Source of the DNA: an uncultured Bacteroidota bacterium
Lineage (GTDB): Bacteria; CLD3; SB21; JBBIRG01
Length of the DNA stretch: 64,000 nucleotides
Reading direction: 5' to 3'
Assembly: GCA_964609675.1 (NCBI GenBank)
Contig: CAZSRX010000008.1
Coordinates: 28,618 to 92,617 of the forward strand
Shown here: positions 28,619 through 38,556 of the stretch, piece by piece
Position numbering within the stretch: the stretch's first letter is position 1
How the letters are laid out: each line of letters opens with the position of its first letter
Made by a program: the position numbers and the translations under genes
The notes under the pieces: model-generated
Database searches by the model: none
Seen by the model: the letters and a program-made list of their open reading frames with translations, nothing else
Told to the model about the DNA's origin: nothing

Positions 28619-29450
28619 CGTTGTCGAATACCTGATGACCGCGATGTCTCGCCGGCCGCTTCTGATGGGCATCCTGAACGTCACGCCGGATTCATTTTCC
28701 GACGGTGGTCGTTTTCTGAAACGGGATGACGCTCTGCGGCAGGCCGAAAAACTTAAAAACGACGGCGCCGATATCCTCGACATCGGCGGGGAGTCCACAC
28801 GGCCGGGCTCCGACCCTGTGAGTCTTCAGGAAGAAACCGACCGCGCGCTTCCGGTCGTCGAACGGGTCGTCCGTGATATCGGTCTTCCCGTTTCGATTGA
28901 TACTTATAAATCCGCCGTGGCGGCCGAGGCCGTCCGCGCCGGCGCCTGTCTGATCAACGACATCAGCGGCCTGACTTTCGATCCGGATATGGCCGCAACG
29001 GCCGCCCGCCTCAACGCCGGCCTGATTATCATGCACATCAAGGGCACGCCCAAGCACATGCAGGTAAACCCGCATTACGACGACGTGGTCGGCGAGGTCT
29101 TCACGTTTCTTGAACAACAGTGCCGGCTGGCCGCCAACGCCGGCGTACAGTCCATCATCATTGATCCCGGATTGGGATTCGGCAAACGGCTGGAGGATAA
29201 TTATCTTTTACTGAAACATCTTCAGGCATTCCGCCGGCTCGGGCGGCCTGTAATGATCGGCTCTTCCCGTAAATCGTTTCTCGGAAAACCCTTTAACGCC
29301 GGCCCGGACGATCGGCTGGAAGGTACGATCGTCACAAATGTCTGGGCGGCCATGCAGGGCGCATCGGTACTTCGCCTGCATGACATTCTTCCCGTAAGGC
29401 GCGCGCTGGAAATTCTTAACCGGATAACCGCCGAAACCCATGCAGACTGA
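28608..29450 (+). CDS. folP: Dihydropteroate synthase
   Basis: MGILNVTPDSFSDGG, DIGGESTRPG, SIDTYK, INDISG, IDPGLGFGK, GSSRKSF, RLHD. Confidence 0.96.
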   Translation: MSNSVVEYLMTAMSRRPLLMGILNVTPDSFSDGGRFLKRDDALRQAEKLKNDGADILDIGGESTRPGSDPVSLQEETDRALPVVERVVRDIGLPVSIDTYKSAVAAEAVRAGACLINDISGLTFDPDMAATAARLNAGLIIMHIKGTPKHMQVNPHYDDVVGEVFTFLEQQCRLAANAGVQSIIIDPGLGFGKRLEDNYLLLKHLQAFRRLGRPVMIGSSRKSFLGKPFNAGPDDRLEGTIVTNVWAAMQGASVLRLHDILPVRRALEILNRITAETHAD

Positions 29451-30291
29451 ATTATTTAAAATATTTTTCATACCGGTCACGTGGCTGGATATTCTGGACA
29501 TTCTGGCCGTCACGCTGATTCTTTTCCGCGCGTATCTCATCATCCAGGGAACCACCGCTTCGCGCATGCTGATCGGACTCATTATCATTTTGCTGCTGTC
29601 GTTCGCCGTGCAGGCGTTGAATATGCACGGGATGATGTGGCTGGTGGACCAGATCCGTACCGTCTGGGTTATCGCTTTCGTAATCATTTTCCAGCCCGAA
29701 CTACGCCGAATCCTGACCTCGCTGGGGCAGGGCCGTTTCATTAAAACGATTATCAAAATCGGCGTGCCGCATTATATTGACGACGTGGTCAAAGCCTGCG
29801 AAATGCTGGCCAAGCGCCGCAACGGCGCCATCATTGTGCTGGCCCAGACGGCCGGTCTTAAAAACATTATCGAAACCGGCCTGCCCGTGCAGGGACGCGT
29901 GTCCCACCAGCTACTCCAATCCATCTTCAACCCGCGCTCACCGCTGCACGACGGCGCCGTGATTATCGACAACGAGCAAATTGAGGCCGCCAAATGCCTG
30001 CTGCCCCTTAGCCAAAATCCGTTTATCGAATCCTCACTTGGCACACGACACCGTGCCGCTGTCGGCGTTACAGAACAATCCGACGCCGTCGCTATCGTCG
30101 TCTCGGAGGAAACCGGCAAAATCTCCACCGCGTTTAAAGGCGTGCTGCACCGCAATCTCACCGCCAGTGAACTCCGCCAGCACCTGATAGACATCATGAG
30201 CCAGTCTAAAACACGTAAATGGCTCCGACGACACCGCCGAAAAACCGACCGCAAGGATTTTTCAGGACTCGAACCCAATCAAACTAAATAA
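29440..30291 (+). CDS. cdaA: Membrane diadenylate cyclase CdaA/DacA
   Basis: N-terminal TM helices, VIIFQPELRR, LHDGAVII (DGA), GTRHRAA (RHR), VSEETG. Confidence 0.93.
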   Translation: MQTELFKIFFIPVTWLDILDILAVTLILFRAYLIIQGTTASRMLIGLIIILLLSFAVQALNMHGMMWLVDQIRTVWVIAFVIIFQPELRRILTSLGQGRFIKTIIKIGVPHYIDDVVKACEMLAKRRNGAIIVLAQTAGLKNIIETGLPVQGRVSHQLLQSIFNPRSPLHDGAVIIDNEQIEAAKCLLPLSQNPFIESSLGTRHRAAVGVTEQSDAVAIVVSEETGKISTAFKGVLHRNLTASELRQHLIDIMSQSKTRKWLRRHRRKTDRKDFSGLEPNQTK

Positions 30292-30324
30292 GACCATTCG
30301 ACGGCCTCATCTGTACAATATTAA

Positions 30325-33300
30325 ATGAATCGCACAGGAAAGTCTATGTATCCGACCAAACCAACCGGAATCATCATATTTATCGCATGCGTCATCGGTC
30401 TGACCGGTAACCTCTTAACCGCCCAAAACGGCGAAACGGTAAAATCAAAAAACGATTATATCTCGCTGAAATCTGTAAAACCGGGCGAGTATATTTATGA
30501 ACTGCAATTCCCCGATCCCCAGTTTGAAACGGTGTCGGTAAACGGTAAAACTTTTCATAAAATCAGCGCGCCTTTTTTTGAATCGATCACGCAACCCGGA
30601 GCGCCGGAACTGCCTAAGTTAACGTATTTGCTGGAACTGCCTGAAGGAAACCCTTCCGTATCGGTAATACAAAGCGCATCCAAACGTAGCCGTGTTCATA
30701 CTATCCTCCCGCACAGGGACCACGCCGCGATGGTTGCGCTATCGGAAAGCAGTTTTTCGGACGCTTCGACCACGGACTGGAAGCGGCAAAATGAATGGAT
30801 GCCTGCAAATTCCGTACACCTGCAGTTTCTCGGGCATTTCAGGGAAATTCCAATGTATCGGCTGGATATTTATCCTTACCGTTATCATGCTGTTAAGAAA
30901 GAACTGGAAGCGCTGCGTACGATGAGCATCCGCATTGTCTATCCGTCGAATAAAAAAGTGGCCATCACGGAACCGATTTCGGGTGATCTGCAGGCCCTGC
31001 TGAAAACTCAGATCATTAACTGGGAATCCGCAGGAAAAAACCGTATATGGCAGTCCAAAAAAAACCTGTATAAGGAAAACCTGCAGGCAAATTATCTGGG
31101 CAGCACCTACATCAAAATTACTCTCAATAAAGACGGCCTGTATAAAATTACCTACGATGACTTAAAACGGCTGATGCCTTTCAAATCTATTGATCCACGG
31201 TCTTTCCGTCTTATCTGTCAGGGACGGGAGGTACCGATATATTTCAAAGGCGAAGCCGACGGCGTTTTTTCAAATGGAGACTATTTTGAATTCTTCGGAG
31301 AACAATACCGTTCCAAATTTCATCCGTATTTAAAGGATATTCCATCCTTCAGCGGACATTATTATGATTTGTGGAGCGATGAGAATGTGTATTTCCTAAC
31401 CTGGGATGGACCTCTGGGACAGCGGCTGATAGAGGAGAACGCCGGTCTGCGTCAGGACACCAATCTCCTGCGCCCGCCTTTTTACACCGTCACGAGGCAT
31501 TTCGAGGACGACCGCGTACGGTCGGACCAGCTTAAAAATATTAACCTGATCCAGCCGGCGGTTGTTGAAGACATCTGGACGTTTGATGACGGCGTTTCAT
31601 ACATCGCCGGCGGTTCTAACGCCCAGTCCACGAGGGAGTACAAGTTTAACATCGAAAATCCCGATAATCTTTTTCAGCGCGTGGACACCCTCGTGATCAA
31701 CTTTCAGGGCATCAGTACCGGTTTACATTATATACAGGTATTCGTGAACGATGTGCTGTTGACGCCTACGGCCATGACCTGGTCCGGCGCGAAAAAATTT
31801 CAAGCCGCCTTGCCGGTATTCCCGGGCAGCGGCCGCCTGCGACACGGCGAAAACACGCTGCGCATCTTTACGCCGGCCAACGCGGAACGCAACCTGGACA
31901 TCATCGCCCTGAACTGGTTTGACGTTACCTACAAACGCAAGTACACGGCGTCGGACAGCACGTACATTCTTTTTACAGGCGGCGATACGTATCAATCCGG
32001 TTATGTCCACCAGATTGAAGTCAGCGGCTTCCGAACCCCGGCCATCAGTCTTTATAAAAAAGGCATCAGCAAAATGGTCAGCTGGGACGTTGATTCCAAT
32101 TCATTCGACGGGAGTTATAAAATCACCTTTCAGGACGCCATCTTCTTCCCCGAAACCGAATATATCGCCGTAACGGAAGAAGCCAAAATGAAACCGAAAT
32201 CCCTCACATTGGATACGTTGCGGGATCTCCGTCAGGGCAGTCATAATGCGCGATATCTGATCATTACACCGAAGATTTTCCGGAACAGCATTCAGCGGCT
32301 GGAAAACTATCGCAGAAACAGGGGTTATACGGTTGAAACCGTCCTCGCGGAGGATATTTATGACCAGTTTAATGCCGGCATAAAAAGTCCGTACGCTATT
32401 CGCGATTTTCTGCGTTTCGCGGCTCAATCCCCCGCCTGGCAAGGCACGCAGGGCTCGCCGCTCTATGTGGTTCTGATTGGCGATGCCTCCTATAATTCCA
32501 AGCGCAGTAAAAACGATTTCCTGCCGGTGCAATCCATCCAGACGCTTTCTTACGGCCCTGCTGGAAGCGATCACTGGTACGCGACGCTGGACGACGACAT
32601 CATCGCCGATCTGTTTATCGGTCGGATTTCCGTCACCACGAATACCGAACTGGACAATGTTATAGACAAAATTATCACCTATGAACAATCGGCGTATCCG
32701 GGCGATTGGAAGAACCGCGTCTGTTTTATCGGCGGCCAGCGTGAAACCCGCGGTCAGGGATCCAACAGCGAAATCCCGTATGACGTATTCCGCTATCAGA
32801 GTTCCAGGATTATTAACAATCGTCTGCCGCAGCGATTCTCGGCGGACCGTATCTATGCCTATCCGCTGAACGACCAGTTTTTCGGCGGCGCCAATGCAGT
32901 TATGAATGCGTTTAATACCGGCAAACTGCTTATGGCTTATCTGGGCCATGGGGGCGGCGGTATTTGGGGCGATCTGGACGCGCTCACGGGTAAGCCGCTT
33001 CTCAGCAATGATCAGGCGCTCGCGCTGACACCCACAAACGGTCCGTGGCCATTGGTCCTCAGTATGACCTGTTTTGTGGGCTCCTTCGAAGAAGACAGCC
33101 GCGTGGCCCTCGGCGAACTTCTGGTAAAAACCCCAAACCGCGGCGCCATCGGCGTGTATGCCGCCAGCGGCGTGGGCTGGATTATCGGCGACTACCAGTT
33201 GCTCGACCAAACGATACAGCCCATGCTGGAACAGGCCTCTACGGCCGGCGAAGCGTTGATACTGGGAAAGCTGAATTATATCATCCTGAAGGGCGCGGAC

Positions 33301-35541
33301 GATTTTCAGGCGGGCGGCGATTTCGGAAGCACTCTGGAACAGGCCTATATCGCGCCCAGTATGGTTTATCAGTTTAACTTTCTCGGCGATCCGGCCCTGC
33401 GGCTCAAAGTCCCTGAAAATAAAACCTTAAATTTATCCAATTATAGCCCGGTCAAAACCGACACCGTGCTAATCACCGGCAGCGCGGGCTTTTCCGCGGG
33501 CACAGCCAAACTTGAAGTGTATCAGTATAAGCCCGTTAGAGACTCGGTAACCAACGGCGCTAATATCGCGTCTCTGGTTACGATTTATTCGACTACGTTC
33601 ACAATCACAGGCAATGATTACAGCGTCGCGCTGAACCTTAGCGCTATACCGGATACGCTGCTGGATGACGGATTTGCCGGCGTCCGGATTTACGGCGAAT
33701 CATCCGACGGCACCCGGACATTCAGCGCTTCGGCTGATTTTGCCGTCAACGCAACGTACATATCGGATATCCAAACCATTCCGGCCGTAATCACCTCAAC
33801 CGATACGATACGATTTCGCTGCCGTGCCAATGACCCACAGGGCGTGGATCATGTAGTTGCACTCTATGAGCGCCTCGGCGTGATTAACCAGACCGGCCTC
33901 ATGGATACGCTGTATCCCGCCGACAATCAGTATTATGAAAGCCGCGGTATCGGTCCCTGGTCGGAAAAAGATGAACTGCGTTTCCATATCAAAGTTAAGG
34001 ATACAACCGGCGATTCCACCGTCACCGCCCGGTATTCCAATACCGTACGCGCCGGTATTGATCTGTCGCTCGGCGCCATCGATAACCCGGGTAACCCGCT
34101 GACCGACCGTATTTTCCTGAGCGGCGACAGCGTGGCCCGTATAATGGCGGTGATTGAAAACAACGGTTACCTGCCCGTAAACGACGTCCCGGTAAAGTTT
34201 TACAGGAACCATCCTCAGCTTGGCGGCATTTTGATCGGCGAAACCACAACCTCTATCGCCGGAACCATTCCCAATTCCGGTAAGACGGCTCGGGATACGG
34301 TTGCCATACCGGCCGCGCTGGAAAACGGTTCACACAATATTTATGTGTGGGTAGATTCCGCTCAAAGCGTTAATGACGTTAACCGGACCAACAATCTCGG
34401 TTACCGTACTCTGTCGCTGAATATTTTTAACGTCACGCCGGCGCTGGGCACAACCCTTTCCGGAATAAAAAATGATACGGTTTTTGTGGATGAACGTTTT
34501 GCGTTGTGCCTGCCGCCTGCCTCGGTCACACAACCCGCCACAATCGCGTTGACGCCCTTTACGAATGTCCGTTTAGTGAACCAACCGGATTTGGAATTGG
34601 CGATCCTGAAAAACGCTTCCGCGCCGGCCGCTTACCGTATAGACTTCAGCCGCTGGTCGGATGTAACCGCGCTCGGAAAGACTATGCTCGTTTATTTTAA
34701 CTACGACACCACCCGATATCCCTCCGCGCTGGGCTATAAGGACTCGCTGGGCGTCTATCGATGGGATTCCGGCAATCAGCGGTGGCGTTTAATCGGTTAC
34801 GATATCGGAAACATACCGGGCCGTGTAACGGTTCCACTCACCCGGCCTGAAGACTTCGGCGATCTGACGCTGATGATCAACCGCGACCGTACAGGTCCGG
34901 TCATCGAACCGAACATCGAAGGGCAGTATTTTTCTCAAGGCGCTATTGTTCCTAAGAATCCTAAAATCTCAGCCGTCATTTACGACCGCAACGGCGTAAG
35001 TCTGCTCAAGAGTAATTATTCCGTTTTCATCGATCAGCAACCGGCCGCCGCAAGCCATCTGATTTTGCCGGACTCCTCGCTGAACAGCAACACGGTTACG
35101 CTGATCTTAAGCCTTCCGCAAACATTCACTGCCGGCGAACATGTAATTACTTTTCAGGCGGCGGATGTAAACGGCAACCATAGCGCCATAACGGAATTAC
35201 GATTCAACGTCATTACCCAATTCAGCCTTAAAGTTATGGGTAATTTCCCGAATCCTTTTTCCAATACCACGACGCTGGCGTTTCGCGTCGAAGCGCCCGA
35301 GACGCTCGATAAACTGGAAGTGGCCATATATAGCGTTTCCGGACGTAAAATCCGTTCCATAACCTCCGACGATCCGGTTCAGGGCCCGCCGTTGAACGCC
35401 ATCGGCTATCATGAAGTCATCTGGGACGCCACGGACGACCACGGACACAACGTAGCTAACGGCATTTACTTTTACAGGATTAAAGGTCGTCTCAACGGTA
35501 AAACGGTTGAAAAACGCGGTAAAATAGCTTATTTTAGGTAA
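30325..35541 (+). CDS. C25 (gingipain-family) cysteine protease, PorU-like T9SS sortase candidate, with propeptide-like N-terminal region and C-terminal sorting domain (alternative start 30346)
   Basis: Signal peptide; YLIITP, YVVLIGDA, SDHWY, DLFIGRIS, YLGHGG (His), SMTCFVG (Cys), FLGDPAL; C-terminal NFPNPF...NGIYFYRI; directly followed by a PorV-family gene. Confidence 0.8.
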   Translation: MNRTGKSMYPTKPTGIIIFIACVIGLTGNLLTAQNGETVKSKNDYISLKSVKPGEYIYELQFPDPQFETVSVNGKTFHKISAPFFESITQPGAPELPKLTYLLELPEGNPSVSVIQSASKRSRVHTILPHRDHAAMVALSESSFSDASTTDWKRQNEWMPANSVHLQFLGHFREIPMYRLDIYPYRYHAVKKELEALRTMSIRIVYPSNKKVAITEPISGDLQALLKTQIINWESAGKNRIWQSKKNLYKENLQANYLGSTYIKITLNKDGLYKITYDDLKRLMPFKSIDPRSFRLICQGREVPIYFKGEADGVFSNGDYFEFFGEQYRSKFHPYLKDIPSFSGHYYDLWSDENVYFLTWDGPLGQRLIEENAGLRQDTNLLRPPFYTVTRHFEDDRVRSDQLKNINLIQPAVVEDIWTFDDGVSYIAGGSNAQSTREYKFNIENPDNLFQRVDTLVINFQGISTGLHYIQVFVNDVLLTPTAMTWSGAKKFQAALPVFPGSGRLRHGENTLRIFTPANAERNLDIIALNWFDVTYKRKYTASDSTYILFTGGDTYQSGYVHQIEVSGFRTPAISLYKKGISKMVSWDVDSNSFDGSYKITFQDAIFFPETEYIAVTEEAKMKPKSLTLDTLRDLRQGSHNARYLIITPKIFRNSIQRLENYRRNRGYTVETVLAEDIYDQFNAGIKSPYAIRDFLRFAAQSPAWQGTQGSPLYVVLIGDASYNSKRSKNDFLPVQSIQTLSYGPAGSDHWYATLDDDIIADLFIGRISVTTNTELDNVIDKIITYEQSAYPGDWKNRVCFIGGQRETRGQGSNSEIPYDVFRYQSSRIINNRLPQRFSADRIYAYPLNDQFFGGANAVMNAFNTGKLLMAYLGHGGGGIWGDLDALTGKPLLSNDQALALTPTNGPWPLVLSMTCFVGSFEEDSRVALGELLVKTPNRGAIGVYAASGVGWIIGDYQLLDQTIQPMLEQASTAGEALILGKLNYIILKGADDFQAGGDFGSTLEQAYIAPSMVYQFNFLGDPALRLKVPENKTLNLSNYSPVKTDTVLITGSAGFSAGTAKLEVYQYKPVRDSVTNGANIASLVTIYSTTFTITGNDYSVALNLSAIPDTLLDDGFAGVRIYGESSDGTRTFSASADFAVNATYISDIQTIPAVITSTDTIRFRCRANDPQGVDHVVALYERLGVINQTGLMDTLYPADNQYYESRGIGPWSEKDELRFHIKVKDTTGDSTVTARYSNTVRAGIDLSLGAIDNPGNPLTDRIFLSGDSVARIMAVIENNGYLPVNDVPVKFYRNHPQLGGILIGETTTSIAGTIPNSGKTARDTVAIPAALENGSHNIYVWVDSAQSVNDVNRTNNLGYRTLSLNIFNVTPALGTTLSGIKNDTVFVDERFALCLPPASVTQPATIALTPFTNVRLVNQPDLELAILKNASAPAAYRIDFSRWSDVTALGKTMLVYFNYDTTRYPSALGYKDSLGVYRWDSGNQRWRLIGYDIGNIPGRVTVPLTRPEDFGDLTLMINRDRTGPVIEPNIEGQYFSQGAIVPKNPKISAVIYDRNGVSLLKSNYSVFIDQQPAAASHLILPDSSLNSNTVTLILSLPQTFTAGEHVITFQAADVNGNHSAITELRFNVITQFSLKVMGNFPNPFSNTTTLAFRVEAPETLDKLEVAIYSVSGRKIRSITSDDPVQGPPLNAIGYHEVIWDATDDHGHNVANGIYFYRIKGRLNGKTVEKRGKIAYFR

Positions 35542-35544
35542 CGT

Positions 35545-36624
35545 ATGATAACCATCCGACAAATACTTTTCATATCCGTCGTCCTTCCGGCGGTGTTTTT
35601 TTCATCCTTACAGGCCGGCTCGGGCGATCGCTGGTACACTAACGCTTTTCTCGAAATTCCGTTAGGCGCCCGCGCGACAGGCCTTGGCGGCGCTTATGCC
35701 GGTGTGGCTAACGACGGCACCGCCTTCTTCTGGAATCCGGCGGGCATCACGCTCCTGCACAAACGGGAAATCAGTATGATGTATGCCGACCAGTTCGACG
35801 GATTCGGCCAGTATCATTTCATCAATTATTCCCATAAATTGTCGGAAACGTACGGATTCTCGGTCAGTTGGATCCGTTACAGCGTCGGCAGCATCGCGGA
35901 ATATAAGAAACTCGTGGACAATGTTTACGCCCGCAGCCAGCCGGATTACGACTTCAGCCAATACAGTCTCGGCCACTTTGACTACGCCGATAATGCATTT
36001 TTCTTTTCCTTCGCCCGTATGAATAAGTTTTATCTGAACATGGGATGGCTGTACAGCGATTTTCCCGTTCAAATCCCTGTCGGCGTAAATTTTAAAATCC
36101 TCAAGGGCGGAACCAGCGGGATTTCGGGAGAGAATGAAACCGTACTGAGCGACGCGAAAAAATTTGGTATCGGCGTCGATCTCGGCGCTATGCTGATGTT
36201 TGGCGTCAATGATCTGCTCGAAGCCCCGTATCTCGGTGATTTCGCGGCAGGAATCAACCTCCAGGACCTAACCACGACCGGCGTGACCTACAATTCGGCC
36301 TCATCCATCAGCCGTCAGCAACAGGTCAAACCGCGCGATGTAGCTCCGCTGAACGTCAAATTCGGCCTGTCTTATATTCAGCCGATCGATGAACTGGAAA
36401 GCAATGTCCTGATTGCTTACGAGCATAACAACCGCTATGGCGCCACCAGTCACTACGGCCTGGAATATGATTACAAACGGATGATACAGATTCGGCTGGG
36501 ATATAATCATGATAAAATCACTTATGGCGCCGGCCTTTCCGTATGGCAGTTCCAGATCGACTACGCCATTATCAGCCATGACCTGGGCTACACGCACCGT
36601 GTCAGCGCGGCTTATAAATTTTAA
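35545..36624 (+). CDS. PorV/PorQ-family (UPF0164) outer-membrane beta-barrel
   Basis: Signal peptide, FLEIPLGARATGLGGAY..ANDGTAFFWNPAG signature, amphipathic strands, terminal YKF. Confidence 0.85.
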   Translation: MITIRQILFISVVLPAVFFSSLQAGSGDRWYTNAFLEIPLGARATGLGGAYAGVANDGTAFFWNPAGITLLHKREISMMYADQFDGFGQYHFINYSHKLSETYGFSVSWIRYSVGSIAEYKKLVDNVYARSQPDYDFSQYSLGHFDYADNAFFFSFARMNKFYLNMGWLYSDFPVQIPVGVNFKILKGGTSGISGENETVLSDAKKFGIGVDLGAMLMFGVNDLLEAPYLGDFAAGINLQDLTTTGVTYNSASSISRQQQVKPRDVAPLNVKFGLSYIQPIDELESNVLIAYEHNNRYGATSHYGLEYDYKRMIQIRLGYNHDKITYGAGLSVWQFQIDYAIISHDLGYTHRVSAAYKF

Positions 36625-36635
36625 CGGATATTAAA

Positions 36636-37502
36636 ATGAAAAAAAATTATTCCTATCTGTTCTATCTCCTTCTGACTGGATTGGTTACGTTCTTAAACAG
36701 CTGTCCGGAAGAGGTTAATCCCGAATTTGACCCGCCCGGACCGGTTCGTATCCTACCCAATAACGGCGATACAACCATATCCGAATCAGGCCTGCGCACC
36801 ACGCTGGGTTCATCCGGGATTATCGTCGAATGGGAGAAACTGCAGACGACCGACAATGTTATCAAAGAATACCGCATTTTCAGGTCCAAAGGCATCGACA
36901 GCGCTTTTAAACAAATCGGTTCTGTTTTAAGTACTGAGGATCCGGTCTTTCTGGATATGACCGCTTCGAGAGATACTACTTATTATTACTATGTCACAGC
37001 CGTCGATACGCGTAACCGAACCAGTGATACCTCTTTATATTTCAGGCCGGACAGCGTCTCGATTTATATTCGTTTTATAACGCTTGAACAGCCCGCATCC
37101 GGCATACAGCCGCCGTTCTACCCCATGGATACAACCAGTACCAAACCTCTTTTTAAGTGGTGTTACCCCAAATTACCGACCCCTTTCAAATGCGTGTTGC
37201 ATATTGCCAATTCAGGACTTCAGACAATCTGGATCGCTCAAAAACCCGCAGGCGTTTTTGAAACCTGCGGCGAAGGCGCGCCGGTGGAATATATCACGTA
37301 CCACCATCTATCCTATCTGACCAATGACAGCCTGCGTTGTTCCAATCCCGGCGCTGTAGTTGTGAATTACTCCCATCCGATATGGGCGCAAACGTCCCGT
37401 TTGGCAAAAGGCAATTATTACTGGCGGCTGAGCTGTTACTGGCCGGACGGCAACCGTGAATCTCGAACTAATTGGATCGCATTCTCCATCACCAGGGATT
37501 GA
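36636..37502 (+). CDS. Lipoprotein with a fibronectin type III-like domain and a second beta-sandwich
   Basis: Lipobox LNS-C; IIVEW...EYRIFRS...FLD...TTYYYYVTAVD FN3 pattern; GNYYWRL. Confidence 0.75.
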   Translation: MKKNYSYLFYLLLTGLVTFLNSCPEEVNPEFDPPGPVRILPNNGDTTISESGLRTTLGSSGIIVEWEKLQTTDNVIKEYRIFRSKGIDSAFKQIGSVLSTEDPVFLDMTASRDTTYYYYVTAVDTRNRTSDTSLYFRPDSVSIYIRFITLEQPASGIQPPFYPMDTTSTKPLFKWCYPKLPTPFKCVLHIANSGLQTIWIAQKPAGVFETCGEGAPVEYITYHHLSYLTNDSLRCSNPGAVVVNYSHPIWAQTSRLAKGNYYWRLSCYWPDGNRESRTNWIAFSITRD

Positions 37503-37538
37503 ATCCATCATCATTTATCATAAAATCCGGAGTATCTT

Positions 37539-38516
37539 ATGAATATTGTCGAATCCATCCGTCTGAAAGCCAAAGAAAAAAAACGCCGTATTGTCTTACC
37601 CGAAGGCGAGGAAGACCGTACCTTGCAAGCTATGAAGATTATACTCAATGAAGAACTGGCCAAACCGACGCTTCTCGGTGACGCTGATAAAATACGGGCG
37701 CGCGCCAGGGAACTGAATATCGAAATCCCATCTTCCGTTGCAATCTTGGATCCAAAAAAATCCGACAAGGTTTCCGATTACGCGAGCGAATTATTTAACC
37801 TGCGTAAGGCTAAAGGCATGACGTATGAAGAAGCCAAATCGCTGATGCAGACCATCCTCTATTACGGCGCGATGATGGTACGCCGCGGTGAAGTGGACGG
37901 CATGGTTGGCGGTGCGGTCGCTACTACTGCCGATGTTATGCGGGCGGCTATTTACTGCGTGGGCACGGCGCCGGGCATTAAAACGGTTTCCAGCATGTTC
38001 CTCATGGTGTTGCCGGACGGTCGCTCGGTCACATTCGCCGACTGCGCGGTGAACCCTTATCCGGACGAAAACCAGCTGGCCGATATCGCCATCGCTTCTG
38101 CGGACACGCACAGGCAGCTCACCGGCGAAGAGCCGGTTATGGCGATGCTGTCGTTTTCCACCAAAGGCAGCGCCAAGCACGACGCCGTCACCAAAGTGGT
38201 CAATGCGTTGAATATTGTTAAACAAAAACGTCCCGACCTCAAAGCCGACGGCGAAATGCAGTTCGACGCCGCATTCGTAGAAGCCATCGGCAAACGGAAA
38301 GCTCCGGATAGCCCCGTCGCCGGAAAAGCCAATGTGTTTATTTTCCCGAATCTGGACGCCGGTAATATCGGCTACAAAATCACCGAACGCATCGGTAAAG
38401 CGCAGGCCGTCGGTCCCGTTATTCAAGGACTGGCCAAACCTATCAATGATCTCTCGCGCGGCTGCAGCGCCGAGGACATCGCCAACGTCACCGCGATTTG
38501 TTCCCTGAAGGCATAA
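37539..38516 (+). CDS. pta: Phosphate acetyltransferase (short PTA/PTB type)
   Basis: RIVLPEG, FADCAVNP, AMLSFSTKGSA, DGEMQFDAA, FIFPNLDAGNIGYK, INDLSRGCS. Confidence 0.95.
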   Translation: MNIVESIRLKAKEKKRRIVLPEGEEDRTLQAMKIILNEELAKPTLLGDADKIRARARELNIEIPSSVAILDPKKSDKVSDYASELFNLRKAKGMTYEEAKSLMQTILYYGAMMVRRGEVDGMVGGAVATTADVMRAAIYCVGTAPGIKTVSSMFLMVLPDGRSVTFADCAVNPYPDENQLADIAIASADTHRQLTGEEPVMAMLSFSTKGSAKHDAVTKVVNALNIVKQKRPDLKADGEMQFDAAFVEAIGKRKAPDSPVAGKANVFIFPNLDAGNIGYKITERIGKAQAVGPVIQGLAKPINDLSRGCSAEDIANVTAICSLKA

Positions 38517-38522
38517 AACTAT

Positions 38523-38556
38523 AAAGTCCCGACCACACCGTCGGGACTTTTTTTTT
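38523..38556 (+). terminator. Rho-independent terminator after pta (convergent with dxs)
   Basis: AAAGTCCCGAC-cacacc-GTCGGGACTTT plus T run. Confidence 0.9.
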
